Below, piece after piece: positions 27,712 to 35,689 of a stretch of 41,365 nt of DNA. The notes under the pieces were generated by a model, which had not been told where the DNA came from, ran no database searches, and saw only the letters and a list, made by a program, of their open reading frames with translations. Positions within the stretch are counted from its first letter, which is position 1, and every line of letters starts with the position of its first letter. The translations under genes and the position numbers were made by a program. Origin of the DNA: a virus (lineage: Duplodnaviria; Caudoviricetes); the IMG/VR virus record IMGVR_UViG_3300025598_000072, positions 1 to 41,365 of that record. One strand, 5' to 3'.

Positions 27712-27815
27712 AACTTAAAATGCACGCTGCAGAGCAGCAATCTCTGCAGTGGGGCATTTTCAAAATAGGCCCTGATAAGGCTTGACATTGCCGCTGCGGT
27801 ATGTTAAAGTATGCT

Positions 27816-27923
27816 ATGAATTTTAGATACATCCTGCCTTGGGCGTTTGTGTTTACGCTGTTGTTGACAGGGCATTTTACCGCTGCTATTGTTATCGCAG
27901 CGTTGATTGTGATTTGCAGTTAA
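27816..27923 (+). CDS. 35-aa hydrophobic micropeptide (leaderless)
   Basis: TTGACA(27782)-17-TAAAGT then ATG 5 nt later; MNFRYILPWAFVFTLLLTGHFTAAIVIAALIVICS. Confidence 0.5.
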   Translation: MNFRYILPWAFVFTLLLTGHFTAAIVIAALIVICS

Positions 27924-27975
27924 ACAGTTTTCGTTGAGTGCTTTGTGTTGTGCTTGCGGACTTAGTGTCCGCTTT

Positions 27976-28013
27976 GGGTGGCAAGGTCCTGGACTTTAGC
28001 CACCCTTTTTTTT
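27976..28013 (+). terminator. Rho-independent terminator
   Basis: GGGTGGC...GCCACCC-T8. Confidence 0.75.
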
Positions 28014-28413
28014 GACCGGAACTTCTGGAAAACTCTTCTTCATAAGAGTTAGAGAGATCGCTGCAGCGAAACTGGGACTTTAAACCTCAGATCAATCCAA
28101 ACTTGATCCAATCTATGATTCACAAGATTTTCCAAAAGTTAAGGCCCCAAACCCTCAAAAGAAACCTCTTAGGAATCATAGGCTTAAACATAAGCTCAAT
28201 GGAAAATTCAACAGTATCATAGAGCTAAGTTCAACTAGATGGGTATAAGAGTTCCTGGGTTATAGCTAGCAGACTGGGGCTTTATACCCAAACATGCTAT
28301 GGGGTATAAGATCTAAGATCTTGATCTTAGTGACCTCTAGCGGGGTATTTGAATAGGTAAGGAAGCGGGCGTCCCTAAGGCACCCGCTGAGGTAGTATTA
28401 GTGTGTAGTTAGT

Positions 28414-28554
28414 TTAGAACAGATGTTGGAACAGTTTGTACAGGACTAAAGCAATCGCTGCTGTACAAGCCAAGTCCAAATAGACGTCGAACGCCTGGTC
28501 CGCTTTTTCCGTACGCTGTTCATAGTAGTCTTCAGTTTCACATTCGTCATACAT
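28414..28554 (-). CDS. 46-aa acidic protein with C-terminal TM segment
   Basis: AGGAG RBS; - strand TTGACA-17-TATAAG promoter near 28590-28618. Confidence 0.6.
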   Translation of the reverse strand: MYDECETEDYYEQRTEKADQAFDVYLDLACTAAIALVLYKLFQHLF

Positions 28555-28803
28555 CGGTTGCTCCTGCTGTGTTGTTAAACATAATATACTTATACGCTCA
28601 ACAAAGTTTAATGTCAACCAAACAATTTTGTTAAGTTTCGTTAAAACAGGTTGTGTTTATCTATCGCTGTACATATATTAGACGAGTACGCAGCAGCGAT
28701 AGCGTGTGGTCAAGTTGTGTTATGCATAGTTGTGTTGTGTTATCGCCCGCGCTATCGCTGTGTGCGTATACAGTAATTAACTTAATCTAAGGAGTCAAGT
28801 GTT

Positions 28804-28890
28804 ATGTCACGTCCACGTATGAAAGCAGGCACTACCGCACGCGAGCGTGCAAAGCGTGCTGCACGACTGCACCGTCGCGTTCGACGTTAA
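28804..28890 (+). CDS. 28-aa Arg-rich micropeptide
   Basis: TAAGGAG RBS; MSRPRMKAGTTARERAKRAARLHRRVRR. Confidence 0.6.
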   Translation: MSRPRMKAGTTARERAKRAARLHRRVRR

Positions 28891-28989
28891 CGGTGTACTG
28901 ATTGCATAGACGCAAGTAGCGCAGCGGGACGCTGCGCTACTTTTTCCTAAGTTGCGGCCCCGGATGTAAACGCTTACATTCGCTAGATA

Positions 28990-29066
28990 AACTTTGCGTA
29001 ACTTAACAAAACTATACTTGTGTTAAGTGTGCTGTATGCTATTATTAGCAACGTAGCAGTTGCTAC
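28990..29066 (+). promoter_or_regulatory. Early promoter cassette copy 5
   Basis: AACTTTGCGTAACTTAACAAAA...TGcTATTAT...GTAGC agtt GCTAC. Confidence 0.8.
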
Positions 29067-29089
29067 ATAACACAGCATAGGACACAACA

Positions 29090-29347
29090 ATGTTTAACAA
29101 TATTACAGATGTGCAAAAAGAGCTTATAGCAAGCGCAGCAACGCAAAACAACGGGCTTGTTGCAGTTATTTTTGCATTAGCGTTTGCAGCAGGTGACTTT
29201 GATACTGTGTATTACATTTATAGCAGCAAGGAACTGTTTACGCTTGCAAACTTTGCAAACGACGAAGAAATTTACGCAAAAGCAGCAGCACTAGGCGACG
29301 CGCTGCTTACGTTTGCGCGTGCAGAAGCTGAGCACACACTAAACTAA
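29090..29347 (+). CDS. Hypothetical protein
   Basis: AGGA RBS after cassette 5. Confidence 0.7.
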   Translation: MFNNITDVQKELIASAATQNNGLVAVIFALAFAAGDFDTVYYIYSSKELFTLANFANDEEIYAKAAALGDALLTFARAEAEHTLN

Positions 29348-29411
29348 CAATTACACGCAGCGTGCGTAGTGTTATCTACGCACGTTGCATTGCACAATAA
29401 GGAAGCACAAC

Positions 29412-29651
29412 ATGAACACATTGGCTGCTAGTATGACAACTGCTGCTAAATGCAAAAAGATATTGCGCACAGCGAAACTGATGCGCAAGTGGGAACAGCG
29501 TGCTACTAATGCTAGGCTGACACTAGCAGCACTTGAGCAGCAAGTAGCACACGGCAAACTAAAACGCACAGCACAGGCACGAACAGCAAACATAGCGCGT
29601 ACTGCTGAAATTAAAGCCTTGGAATACAAAAAACGCTTACTTGAGCACTGA
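29412..29651 (+). CDS. Basic helical hypothetical protein
   Basis: AAGGA RBS, ATG 29412. Confidence 0.65.
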   Translation: MNTLAASMTTAAKCKKILRTAKLMRKWEQRATNARLTLAALEQQVAHGKLKRTAQARTANIARTAEIKALEYKKRLLEH

Positions 29652-29717
29652 GGCAGAAATTGTTTAGCGGGACGCGGCCCCTCTACTGTAAACTGTTAGC
29701 AGTTTTTTGCATTTTAA

Positions 29718-29796
29718 AACTTTACTTAACTTAACAAAAAAACACTTGCACTACTTGCGCTGTATGCTACTATTAACAACGTAGCAATAACGCTAC
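29718..29796 (+). promoter_or_regulatory. Early promoter cassette copy 6
   Basis: TTGCAC-16-TACTAT with TG extension; 5' hairpin. Confidence 0.8.
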
Positions 29797-29819
29797 GCAC
29801 AACTTAAAAGTTAACAACT

Positions 29820-30125
29820 ATGCTTGCTGTTATTAATGTTGAAAGCGATGACAATGAAACTACTACGCAGTATGCGTGCAACTTTACTGTAGAATGCGAC
29901 GGTAGCAGCATTTGGGCTGACACAACAGGGCGCAAAGTACATGTTACTGCTATTAGTGTACACGAATGCAATGGCTACAAAAGCATTTATGTAACACACG
30001 ACAGCAACTGGCACATTTATACTGACAAGGGCTTTGTTGCTGCTATTAGCAACGCATTGGGCTACGCTGTAGACTTTACAGAGCAGGGTATGCAGGAAGA
30101 CAACTTTGCAAGTATGGAAGCGTAA
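29820..30125 (+). CDS. Hypothetical protein (WHIYTDKGF, FTEQGMQ)
   Basis: ORF directly after cassette 6. Confidence 0.75.
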   Translation: MLAVINVESDDNETTTQYACNFTVECDGSSIWADTTGRKVHVTAISVHECNGYKSIYVTHDSNWHIYTDKGFVAAISNALGYAVDFTEQGMQEDNFASMEA

Positions 30126-30189
30126 CTAGCACGCAGCGCACAGTAGAGGGACTACTGTGCGCTTTTATGCACATATAGGACACTAACAA

Positions 30190-30393
30190 ATGCATACTTG
30201 CACAGGACGCACAATGCGTTATCATTGCTTGGGCATCGACGGAATGAATCCAGATCGTACAGGCGATTGGGTCCGTTACGCAGACTATCTCTCATTGTTG
30301 CAGCAATTAGACGAAATTCGTATAACGCTGCTCCAGCTTCGAACACCTATAGCGGGGTATCATGATGTATCGTCCAAGTCAAGCAACTATTGA
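30190..30393 (+). CDS. Hypothetical protein (GDWVRYADY)
   Basis: AGGA RBS. Confidence 0.55.
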   Translation: MHTCTGRTMRYHCLGIDGMNPDRTGDWVRYADYLSLLQQLDEIRITLLQLRTPIAGYHDVSSKSSNY

Positions 30394-30664
30394 CGCTATC
30401 CTCAAAAAGGAACTGACTGAAGCTGACATTGCACGCTATCGGCGTGCCTCACGTCTATACAAGATCTCAGGCGTGATTGCTATCACAATCTGGGCAGGTT
30501 GGATTGTGACTGGCTTCTTACACTACAACAAAGCCAACGACGTCTTGTTTGAAGGCCTGTGGGCATCATTCTTCTTTTGGTGTTACAGCATTTGGTTCAG
30601 TGACTGCGATATGCATCGTATGGACTATGTAGATCGCTTGGATCGAGCAAAACGATCTAAGTAA
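30362..30664 (+). CDS. Membrane protein (2 TM)
   Basis: Two hydrophobic segments. Confidence 0.6.
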   Translation: MMYRPSQATIDAILKKELTEADIARYRRASRLYKISGVIAITIWAGWIVTGFLHYNKANDVLFEGLWASFFFWCYSIWFSDCDMHRMDYVDRLDRAKRSK

Positions 30665-30871
30665 TGATTAGTTGAGGTTCACTTAATTTTTGCGGGGCTG
30701 CGTCCCGCAATACTGCAGAGGTTATCTGCAGTATTCCAGATCTTTCCAGACTCTCTTCACTGTTTCAAACTCTTTTAGCCATATAGTCCCGGATCTGCAG
30801 CGGGGTATCGTTGACTGCTTAACATAAGACTGTTAGTATTAAACATAAGACTACTGAACAGGAGTTTGTTG

Positions 30872-31015
30872 ATGAACTGTTTGTTGGCTATAACTGCAAT
30901 AGCAGTTAGTGTATGGGTTGTGGCGTTGTTGTATGCAAGCAACGAACTAGCGCGTGATGAGCGTATCCGTAAGATGTATCAGGAAGGAATTTTTAAAAAT
31001 AGTTCCAAAAAGTAG
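30872..31015 (+). CDS. 47-aa membrane-anchored peptide missed by ORF track
   Basis: TTGACT-17-TAGTAT promoter, AGGAG RBS, MNCLLAITAIAVSVWVVALLYA... Confidence 0.55.
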   Translation: MNCLLAITAIAVSVWVVALLYASNELARDERIRKMYQEGIFKNSSKK

Positions 31016-31076
31016 TTGACACGCACCGGTCTGTTTGCTATAACTAAATTGTTGATAACATAACACAAGGTGATTT

Positions 31077-31373
31077 ATGCCGCGCGTAGGATATAACTTA
31101 GCAACTGCAGATCTCAACGATGAATTTGTAGAACGCTTAAAGAAGCCCATTCGGCGAGTGTGGGACATGATCGGCTACGATGTGCTGCGAGATGCCGAAA
31201 CGATAGGCGAGCGCATCGATAACGAATCCGCTGTTGAATGCTGCATTGATGGTGAACGCTTGGCTTGTGAAGCACGAGACAGTCATGCTAACGCTGCACT
31301 TGATCTAATGCTTACTGAGTATGGCTATCCAAAAGTTCTGCATTTCCTTTCCAAAAAAATACGTTTAGTCTAA
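31077..31373 (+). CDS. Hypothetical protein
   Basis: Own promoter TTGACA(31016)-17-TATAAC; AAGGTG RBS. Confidence 0.7.
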   Translation: MPRVGYNLATADLNDEFVERLKKPIRRVWDMIGYDVLRDAETIGERIDNESAVECCIDGERLACEARDSHANAALDLMLTEYGYPKVLHFLSKKIRLV

Positions 31374-31724
31374 AGAACTCTCGTACCCTACAGTGGGACT
31401 TTGAGCAGTGAAACTCTTTGGTCCCACTGTACCCTGAGTATAACCTCTTTATGGTTTCTGAATGGTATCTACGATGATCGTATGGGTGGACAGGGACTTT
31501 AAAATATTTCTTGCGCATCTGTTAGTTTTATTGTAGACTTTATGTAAGATCAAAAGGCGACAGCCGCTCTGAGGGAGGGGGGCTTAACCCGAAGTTGTTC
31601 TGACTGTCTGGGACTCAATCTAACTTGTTTTTTTTTGAGGTGATTCAAGGTCTGCAACCGTATTCTCTAACCGCTGCAGACCCTGTGTCGATGCTTTGAA
31701 GTCCTTATGACCTCAAGTCATAGA

Positions 31725-31979
31725 CTAATAGAAGAAAGCGTGTACACGCGCACGTAGTTCAAGCTGTGAGGGCGTATACTCGATATCATGCCAAATGCCC
31801 GTAGCAGGATCGCAAGCACGACGGATCTCGTGTGCGTAGATGTCGCCCGTTTCGGTGTAGGCGCCCTCTACTTCTGCCATGCGGAGATTGCCTTTACGGT
31901 TGTCCATCATAGTGCCATACCAACCATTGTGCTGTTGAATGCGCCAGCCCTTCTTAATGTCGTTTGTGCGGATTGCCAT
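31725..31979 (-). CDS. Hypothetical protein (SH3-like pattern)
   Basis: AAGGAG RBS; - strand TTGCAT-17-TACTAT promoter. Confidence 0.7.
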   Translation of the reverse strand: MAIRTNDIKKGWRIQQHNGWYGTMMDNRKGNLRMAEVEGAYTETGDIYAHEIRRACDPATGIWHDIEYTPSQLELRARVHAFFY

Positions 31980-32221
31980 AACAGTTGCTCCTTATTGCTA
32001 ACCAACGTGTATATAGTACTACCTAGATTTTCCAAATGCAACCACTTAGATTGCCCACATGACCTATCTAGAGGTTTACAAAGTCATATGCCTCTAAACC
32101 TGCAGCGGGGCATTTGACGGGTACTAGGCCCCGGGTACAACATCAATCTAATGTATAAAACCTATAGCGGGGTATTTGCGGATAGTGCGTATACTGTGTG
32201 ATCAGTATACGCACCAATACA

Positions 32222-32638
32222 TTAAGCAGTTAGCTGGTAAGGCTTCTTCCAGTTGCCTACTTGAATGCTGCAGTAGTAAGCGGTGTCAAAGTAATCAATC
32301 TCGCTGCGAGTATTGTCATACCATCCCGCACTCTTAAGAGCTTGATGCAGCTCTTCTAATGCTAGACGAGCAACACCATCATAGTGTTCATGAATCCAAT
32401 AGACGTTAACATCTTCATAGCCACTAGTGTTAGGACGAAAGCCATGCAGCTGATAACGCTGATTATGCCCACAGACTTCATTGCTGTTGCCAAGAAAGTC
32501 AATAGGTCCCGAAGTCAACTTCAACTTGATCGTGCTGTGATTGCCAACACTGAGCGAACCCTTGAGTCCATAACGCTTCAACACAGGCTTGACTGCTGCT
32601 GCGATGATTGCTTTCTTTTCGGCGTTCATGTAAGCCAT
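32222..32638 (-). CDS. Hypothetical protein (WYDNTRSEIDYFDTAYY)
   Basis: AGGAG RBS, 138 aa. Confidence 0.75.
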   Translation of the reverse strand: MAYMNAEKKAIIAAAVKPVLKRYGLKGSLSVGNHSTIKLKLTSGPIDFLGNSNEVCGHNQRYQLHGFRPNTSGYEDVNVYWIHEHYDGVARLALEELHQALKSAGWYDNTRSEIDYFDTAYYCSIQVGNWKKPYQLTA

Positions 32639-32694
32639 ACAATGCTCCTAGCATTTGGGCGACAGCACCATTGCTGCCGCCCGTGTGTATTATA

Positions 32695-32931
32695 CTACTC
32701 TTCCCAGCCGTGGTCAATTTCCGATGTGGTATCAAACGTCCACATCAGATTGCTACGGAAGTTGAGCCCTGTGATGCGCTCACGCTCACGATCCTGCAAT
32801 TCAATGTCTGCAGCATCTTCTTCAAGATCCGTGAGCTCTTCGCTATCAAAGAGTGCATCCTGCTCATCGGGCAGTTCAATGTCCATGCGTTCGTCTGCAT
32901 CTAAGACATCATCAAGTATATAACGGCTCAT
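32695..32931 (-). CDS. Highly acidic small protein
   Basis: AAGGAG RBS; 27 of 78 residues D/E. Confidence 0.7.
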   Translation of the reverse strand: MSRYILDDVLDADERMDIELPDEQDALFDSEELTDLEEDAADIELQDRERERITGLNFRSNLMWTFDTTSEIDHGWEE

Positions 32932-32976
32932 TGCAAGTGCTCCTTTGCACTAACTGTCTACAGTTCTAATTATACA

Positions 32977-33126
32977 CTAAACAGCCAACAGCGCAACCAT
33001 TTTATACAAAAAAAGTACTATAAGCACAGCGCCCCAAATGCCTAGTACGGTTAAACCCAATACTAGCATAAGCACTAGCTTATATGCTAGATCAAACCAA
33101 TCTATTGACGTAATACGAGTTTTCAT
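32977..33126 (-). CDS. Small membrane protein
   Basis: Long hydrophobic stretch; likely start 33126. Confidence 0.5.
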   Translation of the reverse strand: MKTRITSIDWFDLAYKLVLMLVLGLTVLGIWGAVLIVLFLYKMVALLAV

Positions 33127-33171
33127 ATATAGTAGGGCAGTTTTAAGTGTTGCCCAGCACCGGAGCATGCC

Positions 33172-33387
33172 TTAAGCCGCCAAGCCCATGATCAGCTGAA
33201 CAAACGAGTCTTCAACACGGTTGTTGCGTACAATGCCCGCGTAAGTAGCACGCTGGCTAATAGTCTTGCGGAAACCACCGCTGGTCTGACCCGTGCCACT
33301 CAACATACGCGCTACAGCGCGAATGCTCTTGAACGTACGAACCTGGCCCGAAGGAAAAGTAACATCAATCTTGATAGCCTTACTCAT
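33172..33387 (-). CDS. Small DNA-binding-like protein (NUMOD1-like)
   Basis: GQVRTFKSIRAVARMLSG; AGGAG RBS; TTGACA-17-TAAACT promoter. Confidence 0.6.
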   Translation of the reverse strand: MSKAIKIDVTFPSGQVRTFKSIRAVARMLSGTGQTSGGFRKTISQRATYAGIVRNNRVEDSFVQLIMGLAA

Positions 33388-33579
33388 GTCATTTGCTCCT
33401 GTTTGTGATGACACTTACTTACTCAACACAAGTAGTTTACATGCTCTACTAAACATTGTCAACTACTTTTTACCAACAAATTTTGGTAGGCCCGGAGGGT
33501 ACTGACCCCTCTTCTATTGGTTAAAAGCCAATTGCTTCACCTTAAAGCTTCGAGCCCACATGAAACTAGTGTATACTAC

Positions 33580-33747
33580 TTAATACGCGTCTGCAACCTC
33601 GCGGTCCACTCGCCAGTTATAGCGCAATTCCCGCTCATGATCCTTGGCACTCTTGTGCGTCTTAGGACGATTAAACTGGTTGAGATTGCGTGCTACAGGA
33701 TTGCTCTTGCGGCGACGGTTCTTGTCCAAATAGTTGTGATCATTCAC
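33580..33747 (-). CDS. 55-aa basic protein missed by ORF track
   Basis: GTGA-coupled; RRRKSNPVARNLNQFNRPKTHKSAKDHER. Confidence 0.5.
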   Translation of the reverse strand: MNDHNYLDKNRRRKSNPVARNLNQFNRPKTHKSAKDHERELRYNWRVDREVADAY

Positions 33748-33857
33748 TGCGCACTCTCCAACTCTGCAATTTGATCTTCAATACGTTGCCATTCATCGAG
33801 ATCAGCTGCATGCTGCTGTGCAAGACGCAGCTCTCGAATATAGTCTTGCTTGGTCAT
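33744..33857 (-). CDS. 37-aa helical peptide missed by ORF track
   Basis: TTGACT-16-TATAAT immediately upstream; MTKQDYIRELRLAQQ... Confidence 0.5.
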   Translation of the reverse strand: MTKQDYIRELRLAQQHAADLDEWQRIEDQIAELESAQ

Positions 33858-33887
33858 GATCATATTATAACAGGTTTTACCAACTAG

Positions 33888-34229
33888 TCAACCACAATCT
33901 GAGACAAATTCTGCATTGGGCGCCGCTAACGTTTCTACGAACCAAGTGCCGCCCGTGCCCCGAGTATGCTCTTGCGCATAGTCTTCTGCAGACTCTACAC
34001 TAGGAAACGGACCCGCAAAGTTAAAGCCCTTGACAGGATCACCATGCATTACAACAAGATCCTCATTATCATCCTGTCCGTCAACATTGGGCGCCCACAT
34101 CATAACCACAAACCATGCAGCGGCTGTGCAGTACTCCCCGCCATAGTCGTAGGCTGCTTCCTCTTGCTCAAAGGGCCCGATAAACTCGAATCCACTGGAA
34201 AGATCACCGAACATTACAACAAACTGCAT
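33888..34229 (-). CDS. Acidic protein made of two internal repeats
   Basis: VVMFGD...GFEFIGPF...WFV..WAPN / VVMHGD...GFNFAGPF...WFV..AAPN; GAGGAG RBS. Confidence 0.75.
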   Translation of the reverse strand: MQFVVMFGDLSSGFEFIGPFEQEEAAYDYGGEYCTAAAWFVVMMWAPNVDGQDDNEDLVVMHGDPVKGFNFAGPFPSVESAEDYAQEHTRGTGGTWFVETLAAPNAEFVSDCG

Positions 34230-34290
34230 ACACAGTCTCCTCTTGCTATGCGTCTAGTATAGCAGGCGTTACTAAAAGGTCAAGTATACT

Positions 34291-34515
34291 TCAACTGTCC
34301 TGTTGCGCCATATCTACTAGGCTAAACTCTGCAGCCTCCGCAAACGTCTTGCAAGAGTGCAGTAAGTTGTAGAATGCCTGACGCTCCTCTGCGCTCAACT
34401 GTGCTGCAAAGTTCTCGCCAGTGCTTTCTACTTCAGACATTGCATTCAACAGCTGATCTAGTGCCAGCTGAGTGTTTTGGCACATGCAATAACTCATGTT
34501 AGGATAGTTACTCAC
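34291..34515 (-). CDS. Hypothetical protein (NMSYCMCQNT)
   Basis: GGAG RBS, GTG start, own promoter. Confidence 0.7.
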   Translation of the reverse strand: MSNYPNMSYCMCQNTQLALDQLLNAMSEVESTGENFAAQLSAEERQAFYNLLHSCKTFAEAAEFSLVDMAQQDS

Positions 34516-34566
34516 TAGGTCTACTCCACGTTCTAACTATGCATATAGTATAGCAGGTTTTACCAA

Positions 34567-34842
34567 TTAGTCAACCAGTTCTCGTACACGAAACTCACGT
34601 ATAATGCCGCCCTGTGCAGATCCCCCCACAGGCAGACATCGTTTAGCACGCTCTGCATCCGCTTGCGTTGCATAAACTACTACAGGTTGCGTTGCATAAA
34701 CTACTACAGGTTGCGTTGCATAAACTACTACAGGTTGCGTTGCATAAACTACTACAGGTTGCGTTGCATAAACTACTACAGGATCCCAACGACTGCCCGC
34801 AGTCTTGAACTCGATCAGTCGCTCTAACACCCAATTAGTCAT
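34567..34842 (-). CDS. Hypothetical protein with PVVVYATQ x5
   Basis: Coupled to upstream ORF. Confidence 0.6.
   Translation of the reverse strand: MTNWVLERLIEFKTAGSRWDPVVVYATQPVVVYATQPVVVYATQPVVVYATQPVVVYATQADAERAKRCLPVGGSAQGGIIREFRVRELVD
34663..34782. repeat. Perfect 24-bp tandem repeat x5
   Basis: TTGCGTTGCATAAACTACTACAGG. Confidence 0.95.
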
Positions 34843-35185
34843 TGGTCAATCCCTCAGGAAGATAGCCCGTAAGTCTCTCAATAGGTAGATCTTTGATCAA
34901 TTCTTCAATGGCTGTATAATCTTGGTCTTCTACATCACGACGTATTTGATCCAATACACGATCAATTACTGCTTGATTAGGTGCATTTAACGCTACCTTT
35001 TGCAAACGGAAAAAGTAGTCCTTCTCAGGATTGATCTCAGCAAACTCAACAAAGCATTCTTCATGCGTGATCTCATCGTGGCAACTGAAGCCATCGTCAC
35101 CGGTGTGATCAATACGATAGACAGCGTCTGTTTGCACAAAGAACGCGGAGTCTTGTGCAATATCAAACAATTCGTCGTCGGTCAC
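34835..35185 (-). CDS. Acidic hypothetical protein
   Basis: AGGAG RBS; TTGACC-17-TACAAT promoter. Confidence 0.7.
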   Translation of the reverse strand: MTDDELFDIAQDSAFFVQTDAVYRIDHTGDDGFSCHDEITHEECFVEFAEINPEKDYFFRLQKVALNAPNQAVIDRVLDQIRRDVEDQDYTAIEELIKDLPIERLTGYLPEGLTND

Positions 35186-35547
35186 AGTATTTGCTCCTGT
35201 TGTCTAACTGTGTGCGTATATTGTAGCGTGCAGCAGAATCAAGGTCAAGTGCTTTGAACCGGGACTGGACTGAAATAAATCACTAGGCGGCCCCACTCTT
35301 AACGCTGTACACTGATCTGCCCTAATAGAACTGCAGTGGGTATTAGAGTTCTTGTGGGACTCTGTTCTATTGAGGTTGACATGGTCAAAGAATAGTGCTA
35401 TACTGATCGGCTATTTTCTGTCAAAAACAGGTCAAAAACTGAGAAAAAACTGGTGGATTTTTCTCAGATCGGTGGGACTTTGACTGCATTTTGGCCTCAA
35501 TTTTTTGGCAAGATTGAGATTGACCTAGTGACGGATGAGAGGTTATG

Positions 35548-35689
35548 CTCAAATGCTCCATCCACCGTTCTCCGCCATTCTCTCCATCATTAGGTCATTG
35601 TTTCTATCAGAATTTCTACTCAAATGCTCCATCCACCGTTCTCCGCCATTCTCTCCATCATTAGGTCATTGTTCTTGTCAGAATTTCTA
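35548..35689. repeat. 71-bp near-perfect tandem duplication (non-coding)
   Basis: CTCAAATGCTCCATCCACCGTTCTCCGCC... at 35548 and 35619. Confidence 0.9.

Larger units (their letters stand above)
24540..30200. other. GA/GG/TC/CC-depleted region (absolute at left, fading rightwards, interrupted ~27.75-28.6 kb)
   Basis: No GA, GG, TC or CC found by eye in 24643-25316 or 25479-26262. Confidence 0.95.

Noticed and set aside
24756-29796. Repeat cassettes as a CRISPR array
   Set aside because: Repeats are ~80 bp, degenerate, 0.7-1.9 kb apart and separated by genes; no cas genes in the window
34663-34782. 24-bp repeats as a mini-CRISPR
   Set aside because: Head-to-tail with no spacers, and in frame within an ORF
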